Of a stretch of DNA of 64,000 nt, positions 48,001 through 57,940 are shown piece by piece. Numbering within the stretch: the first letter of the stretch is position 1; the number at the start of each line of letters is the position of its first letter. A program made the translations under genes and the position numbers. This DNA comes from Hyphomicrobiales bacterium (GTDB lineage: Bacteria; Pseudomonadota; Alphaproteobacteria; Rhizobiales; NORP267): positions 1,321-65,320 of the forward strand of contig JAJFGZ010000059.1 in the NCBI GenBank assembly GCA_021775855.1, in the 5' to 3' direction. The notes beneath the pieces are model-generated. The model saw nothing but the letters and a program-made list of their open reading frames with translations. It made no database searches and was not told the DNA's origin.

Positions 48001-50058
48001 TCAGAAATCCTTGCAGAGCCGTAATGCGTCGTAGATCGCGGCGTGGATGTTGCGGGAGGATATGGCGTCACCGATCCGGTACAACCGGAAATTACCGTCC
48101 TCATTTCCAACCAGTTCTTGTGGCTGTCCGTTGATCAGGGCGCGGTAATCTACGGCGCCTTTATTGATCGACGTATCTTTCAGTTCAAAATACAGATCGT
48201 CCAGGGGCAGGGTACCGTGTTCGACCACGATCTGGTCGGCCAGACGGTTCGAATTTTTAACATCGCCATAATCGCTCGATAGCTTGGCCACCAATTTATT
48301 GCCGTCTTGCGCGACCGATCGGACCCGGGTGTTGATGGTGATCCGGGTGCCGCATTCCTGGAAGGCGCGGGCATAGTGGACATGGTTCAGGCCGCCGATT
48401 TCCGGAGCAAAGAAGCGCTCTGGCGTGACGACTTCAAGATCGGACCCGGCGCGGGCGATCATCTCCGCCGTTTGCATACCGGAATGAGCCCCGTTATCGT
48501 CATAGAGGATAACCGTCTCGCCGGGTTTGATGTCGCCGGACAGAATGTCCCAGCTGCTCACAACATGCTCGTTGCCGTTCTTGAGGATATCCGTATTAGG
48601 CAAACCGCCCGTAGCGATGACGACGATGTCGGGACCCGTTCCCTGAACATCGGTGGCTTCGGCAAAGACGTTGTAGCGGAAGTCGACGCCGAGCCTTGCG
48701 CATTCCGCGAGCCGCCAGTCGATAATGCCCGCCATGGCCGACCGCCGGGGGAGCCGCGTGATCAGGTTGATCTGGCCGCCCGCCCGGTCGCCGGCTTCAA
48801 ACACGATCACCTCGTGGCCGCGCTCGGCTGAGACTCTTGCGGCTTCCAGCCCGCCTGGGCCAGCTCCGATGATCGTCACCCGTTTCCGGGGACCGGTTGT
48901 CTTTTCAATAAATTGCGGCATTGAGGCCTCGCGCCCCGTGGCCGCGTTATGGATGCAGGCCGTGTCGCGGCCCTCGTAAATGCGGTCGAGGCAGTAGGTC
49001 GCACCAACGCACGGCCGGATTTCTGTTTCACGGCCCGCCCGGGTTTTGCTGGCGATATGAGGATCGGCGATATGCGCCCGGGTCATCCCGACCATATCCA
49101 GCTTGCCGGACGCAATCGCATGGCGCGCGGTTGCGATATCATCGATCTTGGCGGCATGGAATACCGGGAACTTGGTCTCGGTGCGGATTGCACCCGAAAA
49201 ATCCAGATGGGGCGCAGATGCCATGCCCTGTACGGGGATTACTCCCGTCAACGCAGCGTCAGTGTCGATATGGCCACGGATCACGTTGAGAAAGTCAATT
49301 TGCCCAGTGGCGGTCAGTCGCCGTGCAATTTCCAGTCCGGTTTCAGTGTCGAAGCCTTCATCCCAGGCTTCATCAAGCGCCAGACGGATACCGACAATGA
49401 AATCGGGGCCAACGCGGTCACGCACGGCATTGAGAACGCGGAAGGTGAAGCGCAACCGGTTGTCGAGGCTGCCGCCAAATTCGTCGTCGCGCCGGTTGGT
49501 GGCGGGAGACCAGAATCCGTCCAACAGATGACCATAGGCTTCTATTTCGAGGCCGTCGAGACCGGCAGCCTTCATGCGTTCAGCAGCGCAAGCATAGTCC
49601 GATATAATACGCTCGATATCCCAATCCTCGATCTCCTTCGGGAAGGCCCGGTGGGCGGGTTCGCGTATCGGCGAGGGGGCAACCACAGGGAGCCAGTCAC
49701 CATAGTTCCAACCGGTACGCCGTCCGAGATGCGTGATCTGGATCATCACGGCGGCACCATGCTCGTGACACTGGTCAGTCAGGTCGCGGAGCGCGGGCAC
49801 GATCTCATCACGGTAAGCGTGAAGGTTACCGAACGAGGGCGGTGAATCCTGGGAAACAATCGCGGATCCGGCGGTCATGGTCAGGGCAATGCCGCCCTTC
49901 GCTTTCTCTACATGATAAAGCCGATATCGTTCCCCCGGCAGGCCGTCCTCGGAATAATTTGGTTCGTGGGCCGTAGACATCAGGCGGTTTTTAAGCGTCA
50001 GATGCTTTAGCTGGTAAGGCTGGAATAGCGGATCGGTCTCAGCGGAATATGTAGACAT
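48001..50058 (-). CDS. stcD: NADH:flavin oxidoreductase, N-methylproline demethylase (StcD/HpbA)-like
   Basis: DPLFQPYQLKHLTLKNR, TAHEP, THLGRRT, AHRAFPK.IEDWDI, CVGATYCLDRIY, GAGPGG. Confidence 0.75.
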   Translation of the reverse strand: MSTYSAETDPLFQPYQLKHLTLKNRLMSTAHEPNYSEDGLPGERYRLYHVEKAKGGIALTMTAGSAIVSQDSPPSFGNLHAYRDEIVPALRDLTDQCHEHGAAVMIQITHLGRRTGWNYGDWLPVVAPSPIREPAHRAFPKEIEDWDIERIISDYACAAERMKAAGLDGLEIEAYGHLLDGFWSPATNRRDDEFGGSLDNRLRFTFRVLNAVRDRVGPDFIVGIRLALDEAWDEGFDTETGLEIARRLTATGQIDFLNVIRGHIDTDAALTGVIPVQGMASAPHLDFSGAIRTETKFPVFHAAKIDDIATARHAIASGKLDMVGMTRAHIADPHIASKTRAGRETEIRPCVGATYCLDRIYEGRDTACIHNAATGREASMPQFIEKTTGPRKRVTIIGAGPGGLEAARVSAERGHEVIVFEAGDRAGGQINLITRLPRRSAMAGIIDWRLAECARLGVDFRYNVFAEATDVQGTGPDIVVIATGGLPNTDILKNGNEHVVSSWDILSGDIKPGETVILYDDNGAHSGMQTAEMIARAGSDLEVVTPERFFAPEIGGLNHVHYARAFQECGTRITINTRVRSVAQDGNKLVAKLSSDYGDVKNSNRLADQIVVEHGTLPLDDLYFELKDTSINKGAVDYRALINGQPQELVGNEDGNFRLYRIGDAISSRNIHAAIYDALRLCKDF

Positions 50059-50153
50059 GGAACTTGCTCGAGTTGGATTTGCTCCAATCAGACTAGTTCA
50101 CACCCGCGCTATTGCGCAATCGATTGATCGCCGGAACACGGAGGGTCTTGAAC

Positions 50154-51365
50154 CTATTCGGCTGGGTGACTGATTTCGCCGCGCTGCCAAACAAATTCTC
50201 TGCCGGGTGCGGGGGTTGAGGGCACGAACATGGCCAAAATGAACGATATGACCGCCATGCCTGCGCCGCACAGGAACACGAGCGCCGGGCTCCATAGCCA
50301 GATCAAGCCGAACACGACTGGGATGAAAACGGCCGCGATATGGTTGATCGAGAAGGCCACGCCCGCCGTCGGGGCGATATCGGCCGGGTCGGCGATTTTC
50401 TGGAAGTAGGTTTTCATGGCGATCGCCATGGCGAAGAAAACATGATCAAGAATATACAACGCCATCGCGATCCAGGCATTGTCGACAAAGGCGTAGGCCG
50501 TAAAGATGATCACCAGGCCGATATATTCGACACCGAGTGCGCGGCGCTCTCCCCATCTGCCAATCAGCCAGCCGATCATGGGAGCCAGGAACATGTTCAG
50601 AACCATGTTGGCCAGAAACAGCAGGGACATGGCGGCGACCGATAGGCCGAATTTCTCGACCATGAGGAAACCCGCGAAGACGAAGAATATCTGTCGGCGC
50701 GCGCCGCTCATGAATGTGAGCGCGTAATAAAGCCAATAGCGTTTTCTGAAAACCAGTTTGCGGCGTTGTTCGACTTTGCTCGTGAATTGCGGGAAGACGA
50801 TTATAAGGGCAATCGCGACAACAACTGCCAGCCCGCCGCCTATCAGGTAAATCGTTTCGAACCCGACCCCGGCCATTTCCCAAAGCACGTAGACCATTCC
50901 GTAGCCCAGGACCGCCGCGAATGACCCGATTCCGATGATCTTCCCCATCGAATGAGCGGCCTTGTCTTTTTCGAGCCATTGTAGTGACAGGGACTGGTGC
51001 ACGGTTTCGTAATAATGGAAGCCAGTCGACATAAGTAATGTCGTGATCCAGAAGCCGGTAAATGTCGGGAAAAAGCCTGTCAGCGCGGTGCCAACTCCGA
51101 GAATGATCAGGGCGAGCAGCCCAAAAAACTGTTCCTTGAAGAGCAGAAGCGCGAAAACAATAGTAAAGGCCAGAAAGCCGGGGATTTCACGGATGGATTG
51201 AAGAATTCCCATATCCGCGCCGGAGAAATTCACCGCTTCGACGGCGAAATTGTTGAGCAAAGCGCGCCATACGGAAAACGTCAGATGCATGGTTGCGGCC
51301 ATGATCATCAGAAGTGCGATTGGTGAATTCCAGCCCGTGCTGGGGTGCGCCGCTTTCTTGTTCAT
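50154..51365 (-). CDS. MFS transporter
   Basis: About 12 TM; QSIREIPG, YYALTFMSGARRQIF. Confidence 0.88.
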   Translation of the reverse strand: MNKKAAHPSTGWNSPIALLMIMAATMHLTFSVWRALLNNFAVEAVNFSGADMGILQSIREIPGFLAFTIVFALLLFKEQFFGLLALIILGVGTALTGFFPTFTGFWITTLLMSTGFHYYETVHQSLSLQWLEKDKAAHSMGKIIGIGSFAAVLGYGMVYVLWEMAGVGFETIYLIGGGLAVVVAIALIIVFPQFTSKVEQRRKLVFRKRYWLYYALTFMSGARRQIFFVFAGFLMVEKFGLSVAAMSLLFLANMVLNMFLAPMIGWLIGRWGERRALGVEYIGLVIIFTAYAFVDNAWIAMALYILDHVFFAMAIAMKTYFQKIADPADIAPTAGVAFSINHIAAVFIPVVFGLIWLWSPALVFLCGAGMAVISFILAMFVPSTPAPGREFVWQRGEISHPAE

Positions 51366-51441
51366 GCCATTGGCGTATCAGCCGGATTGGGCGGGCGCAA
51401 ACAGATTTCGTGGTTGACAGAATATGCGGCGTTGCCGGTAC

Positions 51442-52635
51442 TCAGGCGCTTTCCGCAAACCCGTTGAGGCGATTGCGCAGAGGTGTCGGCAGGTTTTCGT
51501 AAATGCTTTTCATACCTGGGCGGATCACTTTTAGATAAACCCCCATATGGGTTACGCCCCGCAGGGTCACTGGCAGAGCATGGTCGCGGACGTCAACTTC
51601 GATATTTGACCATTCGTACTTATAGTGGTCAGCCGGGGCAAGCAGATCGTAGGTCTCGAAACCGCGCGCCATTAGCGCCTGGACAGCCTCTTCCATTAAT
51701 AGTCTGCCCGGGCCGAATTTGCTGAACCATGGATTGTAAGTCCCGATATGAGCATAATAATGCTTTTTCCAGCCGAAACCTATCTCGACGGCAATCGGCT
51801 CGCGGTCAAGGTAGAGAACCGAGACGAGGCATTGGACAGGTTTTGGGCCACCCCGTGCCAATTGCAATACCAGGTCTTCGGCCGAGGCATTTACAAGCGT
51901 GCTGGTATACCCGTATTTCTTCAGCCATGTCTTCTTGAACAATAGTGCCTGTCGGGCGCATTGCTGGGCAACGATGCCAGGTTCAAACATCTCGAATTGC
52001 AGGCTTCCGATTTCTTGAAACCGCCGTCGGTACCGCGCCCGATCTTTTCTGTGTTTTCGTTTTGCAGAGGCGTCCAGGTCTTGCCAATTCTTGAACCGTG
52101 TTAAATCAATCGCGGGGGCCGATTGCGGGGCCGGGAGATTGTAGGCCTGGGCGTCAAGGAATGATGCGATTGCCGCATCGGCCCGCACTTTGCGCAAATA
52201 AAGGAGATCGATATCCGGCTGGGCGAGGAAAACTTTCCACGCTTCCACAATCCAGGCATCGCTTGCCGGATTTTGGGCGACAATGATATCGCCATACTGG
52301 GTCAGCGGGGCTCCCAGCCAGTGGGCTTCGCGAACATTCAGGAACCCAGGTTCAGTTAGCGCCAGGGGCCAGATAAGTACCAGTTGACCATCGTTCCAGC
52401 CTGTCAAAATCGTGATCGACCAAGGCGACTCTGGATCCGTTTTTTGGGCCGAACACCAATTCCAGCACCAGTCAAATGTTTGAAAAAGACTGGTTTTCCT
52501 TGATGCCGCGTTTTCCAAATCACGCCAATTGCGTTCGATATCACTCAGGTCGTCCAGAGACCGGAGAATACGAAATTTGAGTAGGGAGCCAGACGTACCG
52601 GTAGGCAAATCCGTGGGCATAGGGGACTTGCTCAT
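51442..52635 (-). CDS. GNAT family acetyltransferase (CelD/BcsL-like)
   Basis: LFQTFDWC, PLTQYGD, GPGRLL, YDLLAPADHYKYEW. Confidence 0.85.
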   Translation of the reverse strand: MSKSPMPTDLPTGTSGSLLKFRILRSLDDLSDIERNWRDLENAASRKTSLFQTFDWCWNWCSAQKTDPESPWSITILTGWNDGQLVLIWPLALTEPGFLNVREAHWLGAPLTQYGDIIVAQNPASDAWIVEAWKVFLAQPDIDLLYLRKVRADAAIASFLDAQAYNLPAPQSAPAIDLTRFKNWQDLDASAKRKHRKDRARYRRRFQEIGSLQFEMFEPGIVAQQCARQALLFKKTWLKKYGYTSTLVNASAEDLVLQLARGGPKPVQCLVSVLYLDREPIAVEIGFGWKKHYYAHIGTYNPWFSKFGPGRLLMEEAVQALMARGFETYDLLAPADHYKYEWSNIEVDVRDHALPVTLRGVTHMGVYLKVIRPGMKSIYENLPTPLRNRLNGFAESA

Positions 52636-52816
52636 GTGAGGATCACCAGGATGTTCGAATATTATATTCGACGCTAATGGCAGAAGTTTAAGTTTTTACA
52701 AAAGAGAGCGAAAAATTTGAACCAGGTGATGGTGTTCGTTCGGACTTATTTTGTTCTTATTCCGTACCGAGTCATTCAGTACACGGATTAAAAAGTTAAG
52801 ACGAGAAAATTGCGCG

Positions 52817-53989
52817 TTAGCGCACGAGATTGCGCATGGCTTTGTCCAGTCCTTCGATGGTCAGGGGGTACATGCGGTCCTCGAAAACCTGACCGATCAT
52901 TTTGATCGAAGGGGTGTATTGCCAAAATTTTTCAGGCACCGGATTTAACCAGGCACAATTCTCGTAGATCTCCGTTACACGCTGCAGCCAGAGCGCACCG
53001 GGTTCCTGGTTCATATGTTCAACCGCGCCGCCGGGAACGGTGATCTCGTAGGGGCTCATGGAAGCGTCGCCGACAAAGATTACCTTATAGTCCGAGCCAT
53101 ATCTGTGCAGGACATCCCAGGTGCTGGTGGTTTCCGTCCAGCGCCGCCGGTTGTCCTTCCAGACACCTTCATACAGGCAATTGTGGAAGTAGAAATACTC
53201 CATGCTCTTGAATTCCGTGCGGGCAGCAGAAAACAGCTCCTCGCAAATCCTGATATGACCGTCCATCGATCCGCCCACATCGAAGAAGAGCAGGACCTTG
53301 ATCGCGTTGCGTCGCTCGGGGCGAAATTGCAGGTCGAGATAACCGCGATCCGCCGTGTGCTTGATTGTATTGTCCAGATCGAGTTCGTCGAGGGCGCCGT
53401 GGCGGGCGAATTTGCGCAGGCGGCGAAGCGCGACCTTGATATTCCGGGTGCCGAGTTCAACCGTATCGTCGAGATCCTTGTAGTCGCGCTTGTCCCAAAC
53501 CTTGACCGCGCGGCCGTGGCGGCCCTTATCCTGTCCGATGCGAACGCCTTCGGGGTTGTAGCCATACGCGCCGAACGGTGAACGGCCGGCGGTTCCAATC
53601 CATTTGTTGCCGCCCTGGTGACGCTTTTCCTGTTCTTCGAGGCGCTTTTTCAGGGTCTCCATGAGCTTGTCCCAGCCCATTGCCTCCAGCTCGGCTTTTT
53701 CCTCGTCTGACAGATATAGTTCGGCCATCTTGCGCAGCCATTCTTCGGGGATATCCTCGGCGATATCCTCGGGCATCAGGTCGAGCCCTTTGAATACGTG
53801 GCCGAAGACCTTGTCGAAGCGGTCCAGGTTGCGCTCGTCTTTCACCAGCGCCGAGCGGGACAGGTAATAAAAATTCTCGACCCGGCGTTCAGCAACGTCG
53901 CTTTCCAGCGCTTCCATCAGGGTCAAGTATTCCCGCAGCGATACCGGCAGGCGGGCATTCTTCAGTTCCTGGAAAAATTCAACAAACAT
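52817..53989 (-). CDS. VWA domain protein (CoxE-like, MoxR partner)
   Basis: HQGGNKWIGTAG, FDVGGSM MIDAS, YFHNCLYE, VGDASMSPYE, WLNP. Confidence 0.9.
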   Translation of the reverse strand: MFVEFFQELKNARLPVSLREYLTLMEALESDVAERRVENFYYLSRSALVKDERNLDRFDKVFGHVFKGLDLMPEDIAEDIPEEWLRKMAELYLSDEEKAELEAMGWDKLMETLKKRLEEQEKRHQGGNKWIGTAGRSPFGAYGYNPEGVRIGQDKGRHGRAVKVWDKRDYKDLDDTVELGTRNIKVALRRLRKFARHGALDELDLDNTIKHTADRGYLDLQFRPERRNAIKVLLFFDVGGSMDGHIRICEELFSAARTEFKSMEYFYFHNCLYEGVWKDNRRRWTETTSTWDVLHRYGSDYKVIFVGDASMSPYEITVPGGAVEHMNQEPGALWLQRVTEIYENCAWLNPVPEKFWQYTPSIKMIGQVFEDRMYPLTIEGLDKAMRNLVR

Positions 53990-53994
53990 TACGT

Positions 53995-55065
53995 CTATCC
54001 GGATTTTACAACTTCGCTCATCAAGTCCTTGATAGCCGGTGCGGGGAGGTGGCGAAAGGGCATAGGACGGCAAACTTCCAGCGCCGCCATGCCAATCCGT
54101 GATGTGAACAGGCCATTGAGGACACCTTCACCCAGGCGAGCCGATAATTTGGCCGCGACGCTGTGACCGAATACTTGCTGCAAAAGGTTGTCGCCGAGCG
54201 CTATCCCACCCGTCAGAGTGAGGTGGGTCAGGACCATCCGGGCAAGTTTCAGCATGCCGAGGGTACCGGGCCGTCCGCCATAGAGAACCGCGAGCTTGCG
54301 CATTAAGGACAGGTTGGCGACCAGCACGAAGCCGATATCGATCAGGGCAGCCGGGCTGACGGCGGTGACGATGGAGACGCGTTTCGCAGCGCGCGCGATT
54401 TCGGCACGCGCCTGCAAATCCAGGTCTTTCATAAGGATCTGCTCCGCGACCTTCATAAGGTCGTCTGCGTCAAATATATCGGGTTCTGCATCCGCCAAGC
54501 GGGCCAATTGCCATTTACAGTCGTCGCGGCCGCGATAGAGGGCTTTTAACTTAACCAGCACGTCGCGGGCGGCGCGCTCATTCTTGCTGCGTTCGGCCCG
54601 CGCGACCTCATCGCGGATGCGGCCAAGTTTTCGCAAACGGGCAAGCGACGTAATCTCCCGGGTCACAATCGCAATCAGCGCCAGTGCTGCGAGCGATGCC
54701 AGACCGAGAGCCAGCCAGCCCAACCAATCGGCGCGGGAAAACAGGTTTTCCACCAACGAGGCCGCGGCAAGTCCCGCAGCCATGGTGACCAGCGCTCCAA
54801 TGCTCGAGAGCAATATCCCGCCCCATCGGCTGAACCCGCTTGTGAACCGCGCGGTTGCGCCGGGGGTGGACGTTGAAGGGGCGACAGCATTGGTGCCATC
54901 CGTGGTTTCTTCGTTTCCTTTGGTTTTCTTACGGCGCGTCTTATTTGCCGGCTCGGGCTCAACCGCGATCTCCAGATCCAAGTCCAGTGGCGTCGCCTCG
55001 GCAACGCGCAAGGCGGGATCATCGAGATCGAAGCTGGCCGGTTTTCTGCTGGTGCTGCAGGTCAT
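53995..55065 (-). CDS. ycjF: YcjF family membrane protein (TIGR01620)
   Basis: AKRVSIVTAVSP.ALID, LYGGRPG.LG, KLSARLGEGVLNG, CRPMPF. Confidence 0.9.
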   Translation of the reverse strand: MTCSTSRKPASFDLDDPALRVAEATPLDLDLEIAVEPEPANKTRRKKTKGNEETTDGTNAVAPSTSTPGATARFTSGFSRWGGILLSSIGALVTMAAGLAAASLVENLFSRADWLGWLALGLASLAALALIAIVTREITSLARLRKLGRIRDEVARAERSKNERAARDVLVKLKALYRGRDDCKWQLARLADAEPDIFDADDLMKVAEQILMKDLDLQARAEIARAAKRVSIVTAVSPAALIDIGFVLVANLSLMRKLAVLYGGRPGTLGMLKLARMVLTHLTLTGGIALGDNLLQQVFGHSVAAKLSARLGEGVLNGLFTSRIGMAALEVCRPMPFRHLPAPAIKDLMSEVVKSG

Positions 55066-55077
55066 GAAAATTGCTCG

Positions 55078-56535
55078 CTATTGAAGCCGGTCGCCGATGA
55101 GAAAATTGATCGCCCGATCGAGCCGGATATGCGGAAGGATGGCCCTCCCGCCTGGCCCCTTGTTGGGTTTTGGCGGCCGGAAGCGCACGAACCGGACAGG
55201 GTTCTGTCCGGCCTTTGGTGTTGCAGCATCAAACAGGCTTTCTGGATCGTCTGGCAGGTCGCCGGGAAAAATCGCAGTATCCTTCTTACCGTCAAACGCA
55301 CTGCGGCCGATTTTTTCCCCGTCCACCGGGGTGCCGGTCACCAGCCCGAGGTCCATGCCTTCTTGGTGGACGCTCGCCTCGCGTGTTGCGCGGATCCCCG
55401 AGAGCGCAATTGCATCCACGTGCGCGCCGGCGAGTTCGGCGCGTTCCATGGCCTGTTCGGTCAGGCGCATGGCGACGGCTTCAAGTTGGTCATGGTTGTC
55501 ATGGTGCAGGTGATCGGCCTTCGTGGCGGCAATGAGGATGCGCTCGACCCGGTGCGCGAGGATAGAGGACAACCAGTTATTTGCTCCGGTCCGGAAGCAT
55601 TTCAGGATATCGGCCAGCGCCGTTTCCAGGTCCTGCACGGCGTCGGTCCCGGCGTTCAGAGCCGCTAGGGCGTCGACCAGAATGATTTGCCGATCGAGGC
55701 GGGCAAAATGATCACGGAAAAACGGTTTGACGACGACGGATTTATAACTTTCGAAGCGCCGTTCCATCATCCCGGCAAGGGACTCGCGGGGATAGATTGT
55801 CCCCGCTACCAGACTTAACGGTGAAAATGTGAGGGCAGGGGACCCCTCCAGATCACCCGGCATCAGAAATCGCCCTGGCGGCAAGGCGCTAAGAGAGAGG
55901 CGTTCGTTGCGGCAACTCTGCAGATAGGCGGTGAATTGTTCCGCGTGATCCCGGGCGAGGGGCTCGTCGGCCTTGGCCGCGGGGTCGGCCTTTTTCAATA
56001 TTCTGTGCCACGATTTTGCCACCTGGGATCGGGGTGATTTGCGGCTCGCTTCGATCGTCTGCGCTGACCATTCGGCGTAGGTCAAATTGAGCAGCGGCAG
56101 ATCCAGCAGCCATTCGCCGGGGTAATCGACAATGTCAAGGTTGAGTTTGCCACCCCGGACGTTGCGGTCCCAGAAACCGGTCGGCTCAAATTCGATTGTA
56201 AGTCGCAATTGGCTGATGCGCCGGGTGCTTTCGGGCCAGACACGCCGTTTCAGAATGTCCGTGATATGACGCTCATAGTCGAAGCGGGGCACGTCGTCAT
56301 CGGGCTGGGGCCTGAGGTAAGCGCGTTTGAACCGGCCTTCGGTGACCACGTCAAAAAGCGGTAGTTTCCCGCCGGACACAAGGTTGTGGATCAATGAGGT
56401 AATGAAAACCGTTTTGCCCGCGCCCGACAGGCCGGTGACACCAAGCCGGATGGTCGGCTCAAAGGTTTCGCTGGCATAGGTCGCCAATCCCTCGACGGCG
56501 AAGCGAGTTTCGTCCCAGATGTCAGACAATTTCAC
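55078..56535 (-). CDS. ycjX: YcjX family P-loop GTPase/ATPase
   Basis: GLSGAGKT, DYPGEWLLDLPL, ATKADH, PHIRLDRA. Confidence 0.93.
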   Translation of the reverse strand: MKLSDIWDETRFAVEGLATYASETFEPTIRLGVTGLSGAGKTVFITSLIHNLVSGGKLPLFDVVTEGRFKRAYLRPQPDDDVPRFDYERHITDILKRRVWPESTRRISQLRLTIEFEPTGFWDRNVRGGKLNLDIVDYPGEWLLDLPLLNLTYAEWSAQTIEASRKSPRSQVAKSWHRILKKADPAAKADEPLARDHAEQFTAYLQSCRNERLSLSALPPGRFLMPGDLEGSPALTFSPLSLVAGTIYPRESLAGMMERRFESYKSVVVKPFFRDHFARLDRQIILVDALAALNAGTDAVQDLETALADILKCFRTGANNWLSSILAHRVERILIAATKADHLHHDNHDQLEAVAMRLTEQAMERAELAGAHVDAIALSGIRATREASVHQEGMDLGLVTGTPVDGEKIGRSAFDGKKDTAIFPGDLPDDPESLFDAATPKAGQNPVRFVRFRPPKPNKGPGGRAILPHIRLDRAINFLIGDRLQ

Positions 56536-56604
56536 GCAACAGGTCTCCTGCCTCCCAGTTAGGGAGCCTGGAGAAATATGCAAGTTGTGGGGGTGGCTGT
56601 AAAC

Positions 56605-56634
56605 GAAAAGAGCCCGGAGCGCGAAGCCCCGGGC
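56605..56634 (-). terminator. Rho-independent terminator of peptide module 1
   Basis: Minus strand GCCCGGGGC-TTCGC-GCTCCGGGC followed by TCTTTTC. Confidence 0.75.
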
Positions 56635-56652
56635 CGTCAGTTTACTGAACCA

Positions 56653-56829
56653 TTAAAGATTGTTTGTCAGTTGGGCGATTGGCAGCCGGCCATCAATCGA
56701 TCCACCTGTCAGGGAGTTGACGAGCAGGTCGTTGGTGCCGGGAGACACCCGCCCCAATTCAGTGCTGGCAAAGGCTGCCGGCACAGAGAGTGCCAGCAGC
56801 GTTACCGTTGTGAGAAGGAGGTTTCTCAT
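56653..56829 (-). CDS. Small secreted peptide, type B copy 1 (58 aa)
   Basis: MRNLLLTTVTLLALSVPAAFA/STELGRVSPGTNDLLVNSLTGGSIDGRLPIAQLTNNL; paralog at 57544-57720. Confidence 0.75.
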   Translation of the reverse strand: MRNLLLTTVTLLALSVPAAFASTELGRVSPGTNDLLVNSLTGGSIDGRLPIAQLTNNL

Positions 56830-56871
56830 TTTTATCACCCGATTATTAGAGGGTTTTGTGGTTCGACAGAC

Positions 56872-57048
56872 CTAGAAGTTGTGGCCGTCGTTGGTCAGGA
56901 ATGCATCACCAGCGGCAGGAACCGTTGACGTCATCTGATCAGTGATACCAAGGTCTTCGTTGACCTGATATCCGGTTTCGGCCTGTGCCGTGACGATGCC
57001 AGTTCCAAGTGCTGCGATAGCGGCGACTGCCATAAGGGTCTTTTTCAT
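56872..57048 (-). CDS. Small secreted peptide, type A copy 1 (58 aa; absent from ORF track)
   Basis: MKKTLMAVAAIAALGTGIVTAQA/ETGYQVNEDLGITDQMTSTVPAAGDAFLTNDGHNF; AAGGAG RBS; paralog at 57761-57940. Confidence 0.85.
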   Translation of the reverse strand: MKKTLMAVAAIAALGTGIVTAQAETGYQVNEDLGITDQMTSTVPAAGDAFLTNDGHNF

Positions 57049-57320
57049 TTTAAATTCTCCTTATGCCTCTGTTTGGCGAGGCGTTTTAAAAATTCGCGTC
57101 CGGTTGGTTCGCGTCTGGGTTAGAGATAGGGAAACGGAAATCAGAAAAAAGTACCTGTACTGATCATGTGAAACGACGTGAAAAATGCGTGATTTGGCGC
57201 GATGAATTGCGAGTTTCAGAGCACAAAAAAAGTGATCAATTGACGGTTTGTCGTGGGTTTCCGCCGACCCGCTGGTAACGCAGGATCACTTTATTCGTGA
57301 TCACACCGTGTAGGCGATTT
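57049..57320 (-). promoter_or_regulatory. Conserved upstream control region of peptide module 1
   Basis: Homologous to 57941-58215; G(T/C)GA boxes at 57168, 57178, 57189, 57199, 57209, 57232; ATCAC-N7-GTGAT at 57285. Confidence 0.7.
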
Positions 57321-57490
57321 GGAAGGCGACCAGCGCAGCCGGAAAACGGCAGGATTTCTGATATCAGAAATGCGTGAGATCGGTTTTCAAGATCCATGCT
57401 CGCGAATTTGTTCCAGAAAATTCGCGGCATTTGATGTCGACCCGAGATCCCAGCAGGGTCCGACAAGATGTACAAATGTTTTGGGAGCCT

Positions 57491-57528
57491 AAATAAGGAA
57501 AGGGCCCGGGATATAAATCCCGGACCCT
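57491..57528 (-). terminator. Rho-independent terminator of peptide module 2
   Basis: Minus strand AGGGTCCGGGAT-TTAT-ATCCCGGGCCCT followed by TTCCTTATTT. Confidence 0.7.
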
Positions 57529-57543
57529 AGGTACGACGCTCTT

Positions 57544-57720
57544 CTAGAGAGTGTGCGTCAACCGGAGAATTAGCGGACAACCTGCGATCGGGGCGCCAGT
57601 CTGGGAGTTGACTAGGACGCGGTTAGTGATCGGGGTTGCCTGCCCTGTTTCGGTTCCGGCGAATGCTGCTGGCGCGGAGAGCGCCAGCAGGGTTACCAGA
57701 GTGAGGACTAGACTTTTCAT
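57544..57720 (-). CDS. Small secreted peptide, type B copy 2 (58 aa; absent from ORF track)
   Basis: MKSLVLTLVTLLALSAPAAFA/GTETGQATPITNRVLVNSQTGAPIAGCPLILRLTHTL; GGAGG RBS. Confidence 0.75.
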   Translation of the reverse strand: MKSLVLTLVTLLALSAPAAFAGTETGQATPITNRVLVNSQTGAPIAGCPLILRLTHTL

Positions 57721-57760
57721 AATATGTCCTCCGCTGTTTGGGTTGTTCCTGGTGAACGAC

Positions 57761-57940
57761 CTAGTAGTTGTGGCCGTCGTTGGTCAGGAGGTTGTCGGGG
57801 TTGCCAGCGGAAGCAGTGGTTTCCAGCTGGGTCTTGAATGCAACGCTTTCGTTGGCGTTGTAACCGGTCTCGGCTTGTGCCGCGATGATGCCGGTGCCAA
57901 GAGCTGCAATAGCGGCGATTGCTGTGAGGGTCTTTTTCAT
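57761..57940 (-). CDS. Small secreted peptide, type A copy 2 (59 aa)
   Basis: MKKTLTAIAAIAALGTGIIAAQA/ETGYNANESVAFKTQLETTASAGNPDNLLTNDGHNY; AAGGAG RBS. Confidence 0.85.
   Translation of the reverse strand: MKKTLTAIAAIAALGTGIIAAQAETGYNANESVAFKTQLETTASAGNPDNLLTNDGHNY

Noticed and set aside
56653-57940. Peptides as classical RiPP precursors or a toxin-antitoxin pair
   Set aside because: Sec signal peptides rather than RiPP leaders, no modifying enzymes nearby, both partners exported, no antisense RNA evident
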